From a phage: a stretch of DNA of 64,000 bases. Positions 18,421-29,647 of the stretch are shown piece after piece. Each line of letters begins with the position of its first letter. Position 1 is the first letter of the stretch. A program made the position numbers and the translations under genes. The stretch lies in NCBI GenBank assembly GCA_024790105.1, contig GCA_024790105.1_3053.1; one strand, given 5' to 3'. Below the pieces are notes generated by a model, which saw only the letters and a program-made list of their open reading frames with translations, was not told the DNA's origin and searched no databases.

Positions 18421-19040
18421 TCAACTACCTCAATATCATAAACTTTAAATGTTCCAAATGAATCGTGTAATTTTTCTTTTGAAATAGAAGTTATTTTATA
18501 CTTTCCAATTGGAATCATCCATTCTTGTTCACGCACAATCATCATTAAGTTATCAGTACGCTCTGAATCTAGCCCATCAGTATCTTCATACGTGTACTTG
18601 AACTCAGTATTAGGAGAAGAAAGTATAATATCGCTGATATGGTCAGAGTAATTAAAAGCTTTATCAGTTTTTAAACGAAATATTATTTCAGTGAAATACT
18701 CAACATAAGAAAAAGAACATGCTGTGTGCAAACTAGTAGTAAATGAATCTACCCTGTTCGTTGAAAACACTTCTCCAACTTGTAAATCTTTAATGAGCTC
18801 TTTTGTCGATTTTGATATACCACGATATAACTGATAAGGCGATTTAGTTAAATGCTTTTTAATGATTTTATTCAACTGTCTGTGAAGAGCTTCATTCTTT
18901 TTGGCTTCCATACATTGCCAAAGAATTGACTGTTCAAAGTCAGTAAATTTTTCACAAACCTTTTTATACATATCATATTGAAAATCAACGCTTTCAGCTT
19001 TTATAGATAACTGTTCAACATCTGCAAGATTAATAATCAT
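18417..19040 (-). CDS. modB: ADP-ribosyltransferase ModB
   Basis: 207 aa; ATG 19040 with GGAGG SD. Confidence 0.8.
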   Translation of the reverse strand: MIINLADVEQLSIKAESVDFQYDMYKKVCEKFTDFEQSILWQCMEAKKNEALHRQLNKIIKKHLTKSPYQLYRGISKSTKELIKDLQVGEVFSTNRVDSFTTSLHTACSFSYVEYFTEIIFRLKTDKAFNYSDHISDIILSSPNTEFKYTYEDTDGLDSERTDNLMMIVREQEWMIPIGKYKITSISKEKLHDSFGTFKVYDIEVVE

Positions 19041-19065
19041 GATAGCCTCCGTATACTTCAGAAGC

Positions 19066-19096
19066 TATCATATCATCGTTAAAAAGGAAAGTAAAC
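19066..19096 (-). promoter_or_regulatory. early promoter
   Basis: GTTTAC 19096-19091, -10 TGATATGAT. Confidence 0.5.
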
Positions 19097-19107
19097 AACT
19101 TTTTGAA

Positions 19108-19290
19108 TTATTTTGCCCAGGGAGCCCAAGGCGGAGGGTCAAGATGGTATGAAGCTAGTTCTTCTAGAAGAGCATCTGGGGCTTCAATTCCATAATTCTG
19201 TAATACTATACGGTACTCTTTCTTATAATCACTAGAATCATTCTGGATATTCGTAGAATGATTATTTTCTAACATCTCAAATAAATCCAT
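19108..19290 (-). CDS. hypothetical protein (60 aa)
   Basis: ATG 19290 with AGGAAT SD. Confidence 0.55.
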   Translation of the reverse strand: MDLFEMLENNHSTNIQNDSSDYKKEYRIVLQNYGIEAPDALLEELASYHLDPPPWAPWAK

Positions 19291-19298
19291 ATTAATTC

Positions 19299-19769
19299 CT
19301 AGCGATAAAAACCAAAGTGACGATTAGCTTCAACAATCTTTCTTTCTTCTTCAGACATTCTCCAGCGTAGTCCAACATCAAAATGAGCCCAGACCATCCT
19401 AACAAATGCATTTATATCTTTAATATCTTCAATAATGAATGTTTTACTTTTAGAAGGTTGACTCGCTAATTTAACTTTATCGTCTTCAAACATGTCAAAA
19501 AGACCATATTCATGAGCTCTTTTATAGCCTTTAATAGTTAAAGCTTCAGAAGAAGAAAACGGTGAATCAGTATTCTGCAAAATATCTTCAGTATGCTTTA
19601 TAATTAGAATAATATTTTCTGGATATTTTCTTTCTTTTATATCTTTAATTAAAATATCCGGATTTTCTGCTAAAGGAATAATTAACGAGCATTTTTTATC
19701 AAGTGTATTTACTGATTTACCTTCTTTGGACATAAATTCTATTGAATAGTGTTTTGCTACTTCAATCAT
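19299..19769 (-). CDS. hypothetical protein (156 aa)
   Basis: ATG 19769 with AAGGAAAT SD. Confidence 0.65.
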   Translation of the reverse strand: MIEVAKHYSIEFMSKEGKSVNTLDKKCSLIIPLAENPDILIKDIKERKYPENIILIIKHTEDILQNTDSPFSSSEALTIKGYKRAHEYGLFDMFEDDKVKLASQPSKSKTFIIEDIKDINAFVRMVWAHFDVGLRWRMSEEERKIVEANRHFGFYR

Positions 19770-19914
19770 GGGATTTCCTTTTGCCTACTAATGGACCATC
19801 AGGAATTTTGTTTTCCTGGATATATTTCTCATTTTCTTCCATCATTTTACTACCGATTTTAAGAAGCAAATCCAACGCTTCATTTGCTTTAACCTTAGCT
19901 TCTTCTAATGTCAT
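19762..19914 (-). CDS. small ORF (50 aa)
   Basis: ATG 19914; stop overlaps next start; weak SD. Confidence 0.3.
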   Translation of the reverse strand: MTLEEAKVKANEALDLLLKIGSKMMEENEKYIQENKIPDGPLVGKRKSHD

Positions 19915-19922
19915 ATCTTTGT

Positions 19923-20126
19923 TCACGATTTATCCCCATAGATGTCTCTCATCAATTTAAGCGCTGAGCGTTCTAGTTTCTTTTCTTTCTCAGCACTAAT
20001 CATTGATTTCATCCATTCTTCTGATTCATTCTGCATTTCTTTATTTGCTTGTTCAACCCAACCATCGTCAATGTACATTGAGTTTGGTCTATTGAACCAT
20101 TCAAACATTTTCTTCAGAACTTTCAT
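19923..20126 (-). CDS. hypothetical protein (67 aa)
   Basis: ATG 20126 with AGGTAAAA SD. Confidence 0.5.
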   Translation of the reverse strand: MKVLKKMFEWFNRPNSMYIDDGWVEQANKEMQNESEEWMKSMISAEKEKKLERSALKLMRDIYGDKS

Positions 20127-20586
20127 TTGTTTTACCTAAAACAACAGTAGGAGCATCATCAAATTCATGAATTTTTAGCAAATTTGGATGTAAACTATTC
20201 CATACAGAAGAAATAAAGTATGATAACGCATCTTCACTCGCAATTATAAATTTGTTTCCTTTGTCTATTTTCCAGTTATATACTGAATCGTACGAATAAA
20301 AAGATAAGGGTTTATCATTATATTGTTCTGCGCTAACATTAATGTATTCGGATTTAGTAAATGCTTCAATTGCTCTAAATGGAATATTTGGTACAGTTTC
20401 AATAATACCAATCTTTTTAAGTTTTATTTCAGCATCTTCTGGAACTGGCATTGAAACGAAATTTTCTACGAGATACATTGGGTCACAATAACCCTTATCA
20501 ATCATTACGGCTACAGTAATTGGAACATCTTTAGCAAACGACATGCTATTACTGCTAATATACATTTCAAACAAAATCGCTTCCAT
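20101..20586 (-). CDS. hypothetical protein (161 aa)
   Basis: ATG 20586 with GAGGAAAATT SD; ORF-track start is TTG. Confidence 0.6.
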   Translation of the reverse strand: MEAILFEMYISSNSMSFAKDVPITVAVMIDKGYCDPMYLVENFVSMPVPEDAEIKLKKIGIIETVPNIPFRAIEAFTKSEYINVSAEQYNDKPLSFYSYDSVYNWKIDKGNKFIIASEDALSYFISSVWNSLHPNLLKIHEFDDAPTVVLGKTNESSEENV

Positions 20587-20594
20587 AATTTTCC

Positions 20595-21098
20595 TCAATC
20601 GCAAGATGTAGATGAACAACCAGAATCACAAGAACTTCCACATGAATCACCAGTCCAAGAACTAACAGCCGTGGCTGTTATAATAGGAGCGGTATCGATA
20701 TAGCTTTCTGAACGTCTTGAATCTAAATGTTCTTTTAACTTTTTAGAATTCAATGGAAGCGCACCTGCACCAACATTACCAGCTTTTTCTGGTTGACGAA
20801 TAATTTCTTCCATCGTATCGTCGCTCGCATAAACATTAGTATCATATGAATCAGAACTAGACTGTGTATTCTGTGTGTTAGATGATGTAGTAGGTGTTGA
20901 CCAGCGCCAAGGATTTTTATAATATTCTTGGGCTTCTTCATAAGTCATAGTAACTGCTTCTACTGTTCCATCTCCCATATAAACATATTCAACTACAGTT
21001 AAAGGAAGGTAGTCATTTGAAATAGGAACTACACCTTCCCCAGGAGTCGTAGAGAAAAAATCCGTAAAGAAACTTTTAAACCAATTAAAGATAAACAT
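20595..21098 (-). CDS. hypothetical protein with Ser/Thr-rich and Cys-rich C-terminus (167 aa)
   Basis: ATG 21098; low-complexity [17 protein letters not shown] tail. Confidence 0.6.
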   Translation of the reverse strand: MFIFNWFKSFFTDFFSTTPGEGVVPISNDYLPLTVVEYVYMGDGTVEAVTMTYEEAQEYYKNPWRWSTPTTSSNTQNTQSSSDSYDTNVYASDDTMEEIIRQPEKAGNVGAGALPLNSKKLKEHLDSRRSESYIDTAPIITATAVSSWTGDSCGSSCDSGCSSTSCD

Positions 21099-21310
21099 TA
21101 CAAAAAGCCTCTTTGAAATTCGACTCTTTGAAATCCACCCCAGTCAGTATATCGCATTTCAGCATTGAACTCGACTGAACCATCTGCATGCATCATGAAT
21201 GAATGCGTGACGACATCGCAATCCCAGCTTTTCATACCCCATTTATCAGCGATAGCTTTATCAAGAACCTTCTGGAGGTCTTCATTTGGTTTAATCCAAC
21301 GATTTAACAT
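21098..21310 (-). CDS. hypothetical protein (70 aa)
   Basis: ATG 21310 with GAGGAGAG SD. Confidence 0.6.
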   Translation of the reverse strand: MLNRWIKPNEDLQKVLDKAIADKWGMKSWDCDVVTHSFMMHADGSVEFNAEMRYTDWGGFQRVEFQRGFL

Positions 21311-21370
21311 AGTGCTCTCCTCTATAAGATAATTCTATTATACCACACTCATTTTGGAAAGTAAACCATA

Positions 21371-21401
21371 AAATGAAAAAAGGACTCCCGAAGGAGTCCT
21401 T
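21371..21401 (-). terminator. rho-independent terminator downstream of soc
   Basis: AAGGACTCC-cgaa-GGAGTCCTT hairpin then U-run on minus strand. Confidence 0.65.
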
Positions 21402-21407
21402 GAATTA

Positions 21408-21644
21408 TTAACCACCTATTGCTGTAGGCGTAAACATTGCAGCATTCTTAGTTTTCCAAGTTGCTGCATCAGAAACTACAGTAGAATATGCCGCCTTTTC
21501 AGAAGGAAAGGTCTGATAATGAGAATCTGCAATACGGTGTTCATTTGAATATACATCAAATGCTACAGAAACTTCCATACCTTTAACTTCTTTGCCTTCA
21601 CCTGCTGGATGAGTAAAGGTCTTGATGTTAACGAAACCACCCAT
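21408..21644 (-). CDS. soc: small outer capsid protein Soc
   Basis: 78 aa, ATG 21644 with AAGGAG SD; late promoter TATAAATA 32 nt upstream; Soc-like sequence. Confidence 0.8.
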   Translation of the reverse strand: MGGFVNIKTFTHPAGEGKEVKGMEVSVAFDVYSNEHRIADSHYQTFPSEKAAYSTVVSDAATWKTKNAAMFTPTAIGG

Positions 21645-21675
21645 AATAAACTCCTTTGTTGTTTAATTACAAGTG

Positions 21676-21683
21676 TATTTATA
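21676..21683 (-). promoter_or_regulatory. late promoter TATAAATA for soc
   Basis: minus-strand TATAAATA (plus-strand tatttata) upstream of soc start. Confidence 0.6.
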
Positions 21684-21857
21684 TCAGTCTTCAATGAAAA
21701 CTTGTGCCAGGAATTCGTGTTCATCTTGAATTTGTTTATATAAAGCCATTACAGCATTTATATTAGAGCTATCTACTTTAAGTTGATAAGCATACCACTC
21801 GTATAAATTAATTAAAGCTTTTTGACGTCTAATAAATTCTTCTTTGGATATTTTCAT
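21684..21857 (-). CDS. small ORF (57 aa)
   Basis: ATG 21857 overlapping upstream stop (ATGA). Confidence 0.4.
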   Translation of the reverse strand: MKISKEEFIRRQKALINLYEWYAYQLKVDSSNINAVMALYKQIQDEHEFLAQVFIED

Positions 21858-22063
21858 TTTGAATGCTCTATAATTAATTTTAAGGCTTCTTCGCTGACAA
21901 AAATTTCATCAGGACCTTCTTCTACAACCCAATCAACCCAATCAACCGTACGAAGCTGATTAGATAAGAGCTCACATACGAGCTCTTTGTCATAATCTTT
22001 AAATAGCTGGTTAATACGTTTCTTGCGGGCTTTCTTAAGCTGGCGTTTATTTAAACGAGCCAT
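21854..22063 (-). CDS. hypothetical basic protein (69 aa)
   Basis: ATG 22063 with GAGGTTATTG SD; overlaps gene 56 stop. Confidence 0.55.
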   Translation of the reverse strand: MARLNKRQLKKARKKRINQLFKDYDKELVCELLSNQLRTVDWVDWVVEEGPDEIFVSEEALKLIIEHSK

Positions 22064-22581
22064 CAATAACCTCGGTCTTGACGTGCGAAATTTTCGGCAT
22101 TTTTCAGATAATAAAGTTTAAAGATTTCTTCAGCTGTAAGACCAAGACCCTGGAACATATTCAGAACGAAATGAAGAATATCAATCATTTCAAATTTAAT
22201 TTCTAATTGGTCTTGCGGAGACAGTTCATCGATACGACGATTTCGATATTCAGCATGTTGTGCTTTCCATGGCTTCCATACACTGCTAGCGGCTTTTTCG
22301 CCATTGCTCATACCACCAAGAGAAGTCAGAAGTTCGCGGAATTCATCATCAATATAGTCTTTCTGATTGCGCAGCCAATCAACAACTTCACCTGCGGTAG
22401 CCAAATCATCAGGATGACGGTTATATTCAGGTTTATCTTTAGCTAAACGAATCTGCAGAGATTTCTGCATGTCAAGCATTACCTGCAGCGGGTCTTTTTC
22501 ATCACCGAGAATATCCCAATATTCATTTTGAGCTTTATCAGCGCCTTCGATCAGTTGACTACATTCGTTAAAGTAAGCCAT
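22063..22581 (-). CDS. 56: dCTP pyrophosphatase gp56 (MazG-like)
   Basis: 172 aa from ATG 22581 (MAYFNECSQ...) with AAGGAAAAATA SD. Confidence 0.85.
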   Translation of the reverse strand: MAYFNECSQLIEGADKAQNEYWDILGDEKDPLQVMLDMQKSLQIRLAKDKPEYNRHPDDLATAGEVVDWLRNQKDYIDDEFRELLTSLGGMSNGEKAASSVWKPWKAQHAEYRNRRIDELSPQDQLEIKFEMIDILHFVLNMFQGLGLTAEEIFKLYYLKNAENFARQDRGY

Positions 22582-22641
22582 TATTTTTCCTTTCAATTCA
22601 TCAATAAGTTAAATAATTATATCATTTGAGTATGTAAGCAA

Positions 22642-23981
<1,340 letters not shown>

Positions 23982-24004
23982 TATATCATCCTCAGCAATT
24001 TATT

Positions 24005-24036
24005 TTATAATACCATAACAAGCTGAGAAAGTAAAC
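24005..24036 (-). promoter_or_regulatory. early promoter
   Basis: GTTTAC 24036-24031, -10 GGTATTATAA. Confidence 0.5.
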
Positions 24037-24071
24037 AAATTTATGATAAATATTAATTTAAAGGAGGACAT

Positions 24072-24272
24072 ATGGTACAAAAATTAATGGCACTTGTTAA
24101 TGCCATCAAAGGTAATAAAAAGCGTATAGCTTTTACTATTTCTGCTATGATAGGAATTTTACTTTGGAATTTTGTTTTATCGCCAGTTGCTATTGCTCAT
24201 GGCGTTAGTATTCCAGTAGTTACTCTTGATACATTCGTAGATTTAGCATTTGCTTTAGTTGGGTTAATTTAA
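24072..24272 (+). CDS. small membrane protein (66 aa) on plus strand
   Basis: strong SD AAGGAGGA 6 nt before ATG 24072; hydrophobic; convergent with gene 61. Confidence 0.5.
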   Translation: MVQKLMALVNAIKGNKKRIAFTISAMIGILLWNFVLSPVAIAHGVSIPVVTLDTFVDLAFALVGLI

Positions 24273-25297
24273 ATCTTAGCATATTTAGATAACCGCATTT
24301 TAGCCATTAACCCCTGGGCAATATTATTTTTCATATATTCCATAATTTGTTCAGGGGTTGCACCTTCCTTTCTAATCATATCATTAACATCTTTTGATTT
24401 CCAGGGAGATTTATCCCAAAACATAACCCTTTCTCCTGCATCAACTAATTTAGTCATTCGTTTAATAGTGTCAGGGTGACGAGGTTCATTATCTAAGACC
24501 CACACTCGTCTATCTTTAAATGGAACAACTTCTAGGTCTAATTGACCACCCGTAATAGCTATACCATTTTCAATAAAAAGTGAATCTATAGGTCCTTCTA
24601 GAACATATACATCACCATCTTTAACTCGTTCGACTCCATAGATTTTTGTTGCCTCAGGATAAGCTTTGATGGTGATATATTTTTGAGGAGCATCTTTCTT
24701 TAATGCACGTCCTTGAAAAGACTCAGCTTTTCCATTAGCATTATAAATTGGAATAACAAGACGAGGCTCAGAAATTTCCTTTTTATATGTTCCCGGTACT
24801 ATGCTATTAACCAATTTAGGCCATTCGGTTGTAAACCAAAGATATTTCCATTTATCCTTTGGAATACAACGAGCTTTTACATATTTTATAATTGGATGGT
24901 CTTCCGCCAGTTTATCTAATCTAACACATGACGGAAGAGATTTAATTATTTTCTTCTCAGGTTGTTTAGGAAGTTCTTTAGGTTTTTCTACTGGACGACT
25001 TTTACCTTTTTCTTTTCTTATTTCAAAGATATACTCACGATATAAATCAGGTTCAAACTCCTTTAAATATATTCCGATTGGTGCATGATAGTTACAGTTA
25101 TAACAATGAATATTTCCTTCATTATTATCACCATAATACCATCCACGGGCTTTATTTTGGTCGGTTTTTGAATCTCCACACACTGGGCATCTAAACCGTA
25201 ATTTAAAAGTTGAACTATTATTTACTTGTGTGAATTTAGGTAAATGAGCTAATGCACGGTATGCAAACTCATTATCAATCCAAGGTATTGATGACAT
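24269..25297 (-). CDS. 61: DNA primase gp61
   Basis: 342 aa with zinc-binding CPVCGD...CYNC; ATG 25297. Confidence 0.95.
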   Translation of the reverse strand: MSSIPWIDNEFAYRALAHLPKFTQVNNSSTFKLRFRCPVCGDSKTDQNKARGWYYGDNNEGNIHCYNCNYHAPIGIYLKEFEPDLYREYIFEIRKEKGKSRPVEKPKELPKQPEKKIIKSLPSCVRLDKLAEDHPIIKYVKARCIPKDKWKYLWFTTEWPKLVNSIVPGTYKKEISEPRLVIPIYNANGKAESFQGRALKKDAPQKYITIKAYPEATKIYGVERVKDGDVYVLEGPIDSLFIENGIAITGGQLDLEVVPFKDRRVWVLDNEPRHPDTIKRMTKLVDAGERVMFWDKSPWKSKDVNDMIRKEGATPEQIMEYMKNNIAQGLMAKMRLSKYAKI

Positions 25298-25299
25298 TT

Positions 25300-25464
25300 T
25301 TACTCTTCTTTTTCTTTAGATTCCTCTTTTTTCTTTTTAGGAATCTGTTCAGGACCTTTATTTACTACAGCGCCTGATGTTGTTCCAGTAGAGATATTTT
25401 CAGGACTACCACCTGAATCTCCAGCGACCATATCTTCTTTGATAAATTCTTTAAATGTTTTCAT
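25300..25464 (-). CDS. small acidic/lysine-rich protein (54 aa)
   Basis: ATG 25464 with AGAGGTTAAT SD. Confidence 0.45.
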   Translation of the reverse strand: MKTFKEFIKEDMVAGDSGGSPENISTGTTSGAVVNKGPEQIPKKKKEESKEKEE

Positions 25465-25465
25465 A

Positions 25466-25822
25466 TTAACCTCTATTCATAAAAGCATTAAAAATTTGGT
25501 CATCAATAGATGGTACAGTAATATTTTCTGCATCATTTAGCAAATCGTTAATTTCATCAGATAGCATAACACATGTACCTTTATTTCCTGTAATTGTTAC
25601 TGCGCAATTACGAACGTTTTCTTTATTAAATTTTAGGTTAATATTTTCGTAATGAAAATCCTTTAATGCTGAATATACTTTTAAAATAAAATTGTCTTTT
25701 ACTACAATAAACCCAACCTCACTATTAAAACGTGGTTCATGGAAACTGTAATAAACCTTTTCATCTATAAAATCGTATGAAATTTTTTCCATTTTTAAAT
25801 ATGAAAATTCAGAACTATACAT
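25466..25822 (-). CDS. hypothetical protein (118 aa)
   Basis: ATG 25822 with AGAGGTTAAT SD. Confidence 0.65.
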   Translation of the reverse strand: MYSSEFSYLKMEKISYDFIDEKVYYSFHEPRFNSEVGFIVVKDNFILKVYSALKDFHYENINLKFNKENVRNCAVTITGNKGTCVMLSDEINDLLNDAENITVPSIDDQIFNAFMNRG

Positions 25823-25834
25823 ATTAACCTCTAA

Positions 25835-26128
25835 TTACTCACCTACCACTTCAGCGATGATATTTTTATTATTAAAGTTTTTATCGCAATACAGAACATA
25901 ATTATACTGCATTACACCACCAGACTTAAGCTGTTTTTGCACTTCAGCTTTCATTTCAGGACGATCACGCTTAACGATATTCATAATATCTGCTTCAATT
26001 TGAGTTTCAACCTCAGTCTGATCCGCAGTCATAGACCATTCGCACAAATCTTTATCATAACCTGCCATAGCAGGCTGAGCAGCACAAGAAGCCAAAGCAA
26101 AAATTGTAGCAAAGATAAATTTTTTCAT
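25835..26128 (-). CDS. sp: periplasmic protein Sp (spackle)-like, 97 aa with signal peptide
   Basis: ATG 26128 (MKKFIFATIFALASCAAQPAMA...) with GAGGAG SD; ORF-track start upstream. Confidence 0.7.
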   Translation of the reverse strand: MKKFIFATIFALASCAAQPAMAGYDKDLCEWSMTADQTEVETQIEADIMNIVKRDRPEMKAEVQKQLKSGGVMQYNYVLYCDKNFNNKNIIAEVVGE

Positions 26129-26151
26129 GATTAATCTCCTCAGTAGTTTAT

Positions 26152-26187
26152 GTTTATATAGTATCTCAATTTCCAACAAAAGTAAAC
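26152..26187 (-). promoter_or_regulatory. early promoter
   Basis: GTTTAC 26187-26182, -10 TACTATATA. Confidence 0.5.
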
Positions 26188-26189
26188 AG

Positions 26190-26447
26190 TTATTTTAAAA
26201 CTTTTGCGTAATCACATGTTACAAACTGTTTCTCTAGCTTAACGATCTTACGAAAGTATCTTTTGCATTGGCGAATCTGCCGCTTCGTAGGGCGAACAGC
26301 AAACTTAATAAATTCTACTCGACCAGATGGAGGACTTTCTTCTGGTGGAATATCTAACACCAATTCCCACGTATCTGCAATAAGTGCTTTGAATTGCGTA
26401 TTTTTCCTGACATTATACGGAGTAGGTTTAAATAAAACAATATGCAT
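26190..26447 (-). CDS. hypothetical protein (85 aa)
   Basis: ATG 26447 with GAGGATAAT SD. Confidence 0.55.
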   Translation of the reverse strand: MHIVLFKPTPYNVRKNTQFKALIADTWELVLDIPPEESPPSGRVEFIKFAVRPTKRQIRQCKRYFRKIVKLEKQFVTCDYAKVLK

Positions 26448-26448
26448 A

Positions 26449-26631
26449 TTATCCTCGGCAATCCACTTCACATACTTTCTTGTCATCAATGAAAGCTTTA
26501 ACTAATGCTTTATTAACTTCAGCATATTGAGTAGTAGCCCATTGAACGTCATCTTTCATCATTGTGGTTTCTTTAGTAAACATGCTTTCATTCTTAAACC
26601 ACCCCATAAAAACTACCTTTACCAATTCCAT
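26449..26631 (-). CDS. dmd: Dmd (discriminator of mRNA degradation)-like, 60 aa
   Basis: ATG 26631 with AAGGAG SD; length and position upstream of gene 41. Confidence 0.7.
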   Translation of the reverse strand: MELVKVVFMGWFKNESMFTKETTMMKDDVQWATTQYAEVNKALVKAFIDDKKVCEVDCRG

Positions 26632-26659
26632 AACAATCTCCTTATTTAACCAACAAGAC

Positions 26660-26690
26660 TACTATACCATAGTCTTGTCAGCTTGTAAAC
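26660..26690 (-). promoter_or_regulatory. early promoter
   Basis: GTTTAC 26690-26685, -10 ATGGTATAG. Confidence 0.45.
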
Positions 26691-28117
26691 TAAAATTTTA
26701 ATTCATTTGCCAAAGCATCTAACTGAGCTCGAGTGGATTCATTTCTTTGATAGCGATTCTGCTCAGCCTGAATCTGTTGTGAACCTGCTACTTCACTCAC
26801 TTCTGTTGGAGTAGAATCTTGTTCAATTTCTACCCATTTTTGATTTCCCTTTTGAACACCCATCAAAAACTTATTCCACTTATTCTTATCGCCATATCGT
26901 GATTTGATTTGCTTAATGAGTTGTTGTTCAGCAGCTGCTAGCTCCTCGGTTTCAATGACCGCAAGCATAAAATCAGCTGTTGCTGGAAGACCAGCAGATT
27001 CTGCAATATCGCTCATGTTAACATCGGAAGAGTCCCAAGCTTGTTTACCAACCTGTGCTGCAGTCCAAAGAACAGTTTCGGTTTCAACAGCCAGAGCACG
27101 CAATTCCTCTGCAATAGCTTTAACAGTTGTGTAACTGTTTTCTGAATAAACTCTAATGCGGCAAGATTTACAAATACCTAGATAGTCGACAATAATGATT
27201 GTTGGAACAAAATTCTTTTTAAGCTTCAATTCATTCAAGAGAGACCTGAATGTATTAGCATCTGCTCCACCAGTAGGGTACTGTTTAACGATTAAACGAC
27301 CAAGAGTAGATTTCTCACGCCATTTTTCCATTTTTCCTTTATACTCAGCGTAAGAAATATGTCCATCATCAATATCGTCAAGAGAAACGTCAAGCATATT
27401 AGCATCAATACGTTTAGCACAGACTTCTTCTGCCATTTCCATGGAAATGTAAAGAACATTATGTCCGAGCTGCAAATAATCTGCTGCCAATGAACACAGA
27501 CCTAATGACTTACCAACGTTAACACCAGCCATTAAAACGTTCAGTGTTCCAGTTTCAGCTCCGCCTTTAGTAATTTTGTTTAGAATTCTGAGTTTAAATG
27601 GAACCTTACGAGCTTTATTCATATAAGATAGCCAGCGTGCTTCGTAGTCATCCATCCAATCATGACCAACATAACTATCAAATGAAATTGATAATGCTTG
27701 ACGCATGATGTCAGGAATAGCACCAACATCCGGCATTTTCTTATTTCGTTTTTCTGGAGGAAGCTCAGCATTAGTTTGAATTTCGATTATTTTAGACGTA
27801 GCATTAAACATCGCCCTTTGCTGAACATATTTTTCTGTTTCTTTTATTAACCAACTGTGGTCTTCCGGAGAATCAGCTAGTTTTGAAATAAGTGTTTTTA
27901 CACCAGAATATTCTGTTTCAGTAAATGAACTATTTTCTAATGCAACATTTAACGCATTAATAGATGGAACGCTATGGTACTCATTAACATGAGATTTAAT
28001 TAATTTGAATGTATTTTTAGCTGGACCACTTTCAAAATATTCTGAATCCATATATGGCCAAACTTTTGAAAAATAAGCTTGATCAAATATGAGATGAGAA
28101 AGAATAATTTCTACCAC
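26690..28117 (-). CDS. 41: replicative DNA helicase gp41 (DnaB-like)
   Basis: 475 aa; start GTG 28117 preceded by AAGGAG SD; Walker A GVNVGKS. Confidence 0.95.
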   Translation of the reverse strand: MVEIILSHLIFDQAYFSKVWPYMDSEYFESGPAKNTFKLIKSHVNEYHSVPSINALNVALENSSFTETEYSGVKTLISKLADSPEDHSWLIKETEKYVQQRAMFNATSKIIEIQTNAELPPEKRNKKMPDVGAIPDIMRQALSISFDSYVGHDWMDDYEARWLSYMNKARKVPFKLRILNKITKGGAETGTLNVLMAGVNVGKSLGLCSLAADYLQLGHNVLYISMEMAEEVCAKRIDANMLDVSLDDIDDGHISYAEYKGKMEKWREKSTLGRLIVKQYPTGGADANTFRSLLNELKLKKNFVPTIIIVDYLGICKSCRIRVYSENSYTTVKAIAEELRALAVETETVLWTAAQVGKQAWDSSDVNMSDIAESAGLPATADFMLAVIETEELAAAEQQLIKQIKSRYGDKNKWNKFLMGVQKGNQKWVEIEQDSTPTEVSEVAGSQQIQAEQNRYQRNESTRAQLDALANELKF

Positions 28118-28126
28118 ACTTACTCC

Positions 28127-28471
28127 TTAAAAGAATTTAAACTTTTTCTTTGACCTTTTATTAAATGCATCTTGTAGTTGCATTGTAATACATTTTTCTA
28201 CATGAGGAGCTAACTCAGCTTTTCTTTCTTGGTCAAGAACAGCAAAGTCCATTACGACTTTTCCATCAACCCAATCTAATTTTGTCACATACACAATGTG
28301 TGTAGAACCATCTTCTAGTTTAATGACAATCTCCTGGATAACATTTTCCATGGCAGATTTAATTATCTTAAGAGATTCATTAAAAAGACGTTCTTTTCTT
28401 TCTTCTTCCCCCTCCGAAGAGGGGGATTCATCGATAATTTCTAGATCTAAGTCTAAATCATCTTTATTCAT
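28127..28471 (-). CDS. 40: gp40-position protein (114 aa)
   Basis: ATG 28471 with GGAAG SD; ORF-track start is GTG. Confidence 0.6.
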   Translation of the reverse strand: MNKDDLDLDLEIIDESPSSEGEEERKERLFNESLKIIKSAMENVIQEIVIKLEDGSTHIVYVTKLDWVDGKVVMDFAVLDQERKAELAPHVEKCITMQLQDAFNKRSKKKFKFF

Positions 28472-29639
28472 TAAATTCTTCCATATCACTTAACTGTTCG
28501 AGGTCAGTTTCTAAATCAGCTGCTGATTTACTTTTACTTTCTGGGGATTTAAATTTTTCAACCTTTGAGTTAATCAATTCATCAACTTCAGCTTCAACAA
28601 TTTCATTACTATCAATAGCACCTAACTGATAAGCACGTTTAATAGCATCTCGGAATGGTTGATGCTTAAATAAAGGACCCCAGAATGTAGTGCAGTTAGT
28701 ATCTTTTGCACGCCAAGATTTTTCTTCGCGAATCATCTCGCCGGTTTCTTCATCAAGAAATTCACGAGCATACCAGCCATTTTTAGGTTTTACCACGAAT
28801 CCTAATTCTAGAGCCATATCTAACAATCCAGAATAAGGATCGATACCACCGTCAAATTTAACATCAATAAAGAATTTACTTTTTTCTTTAACGGTACGAG
28901 ATTTTTCTACATTTAGAACAAATTGATACCCCTGAAGATCAGAACCATCTTTAATCTGGCGCTTACCAATAATGAATACGGTATCAGCCGAATACATCGG
29001 TCCAGTACCACCTCCCATAACTGTTTTACTAAACATTTCTTGTGTTTCGTATGTATGATTAATAGCAATACATGGAATATTTTTAGTACTAAAATAGGGA
29101 GTTACGATACGAAATAAGCTTTTCATTGTTTTAGCTCTAGTCATATCACTAACAACTTTTTCATTTAAAGCATCTTCAGTTTCTTTCTTAGAAGCTAAGT
29201 TACCAAGTGAATCGATAAAAACGACTACCTTTTCGCCGCGTTCAATTGCATCCAATTGATTAACCATGTCAATACGTAATTGCTCAAGTGATTGAACCGG
29301 AGTATGAATTACTCGTTCTGGATCGACTCCCATAGACCGCAAATAAGCAGGAGTAATACCAAATTCACTATCATAAAACAAACATACTGCATCAGGATAT
29401 TGACGCATGTAAGATGACACCATTGTTAATCCAAAGTTTGATTTAAATGATTTTGATGGACCTGCCAAAATTAACAGACCAGATTGCATACCACCAGTAA
29501 TTTCACCAGAAAGTGCAATATTCATCATAGGAATTTTTGTTCGAACTACATCCTTTTCATTAAAGAATTTAGATGCTGTTAATTCTGCAGTCAATTTAGA
29601 AGTAGAAGCTTTAATCAAACGAGATTTTAAATCAGACAT
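28464..29639 (-). CDS. uvsX: UvsX recombinase (RecA-like)
   Basis: 391 aa; ATG 29639 with AAGG SD. Confidence 0.95.
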   Translation of the reverse strand: MSDLKSRLIKASTSKLTAELTASKFFNEKDVVRTKIPMMNIALSGEITGGMQSGLLILAGPSKSFKSNFGLTMVSSYMRQYPDAVCLFYDSEFGITPAYLRSMGVDPERVIHTPVQSLEQLRIDMVNQLDAIERGEKVVVFIDSLGNLASKKETEDALNEKVVSDMTRAKTMKSLFRIVTPYFSTKNIPCIAINHTYETQEMFSKTVMGGGTGPMYSADTVFIIGKRQIKDGSDLQGYQFVLNVEKSRTVKEKSKFFIDVKFDGGIDPYSGLLDMALELGFVVKPKNGWYAREFLDEETGEMIREEKSWRAKDTNCTTFWGPLFKHQPFRDAIKRAYQLGAIDSNEIVEAEVDELINSKVEKFKSPESKSKSAADLETDLEQLSDMEEFNE

Positions 29640-29647
29640 ATAATACC

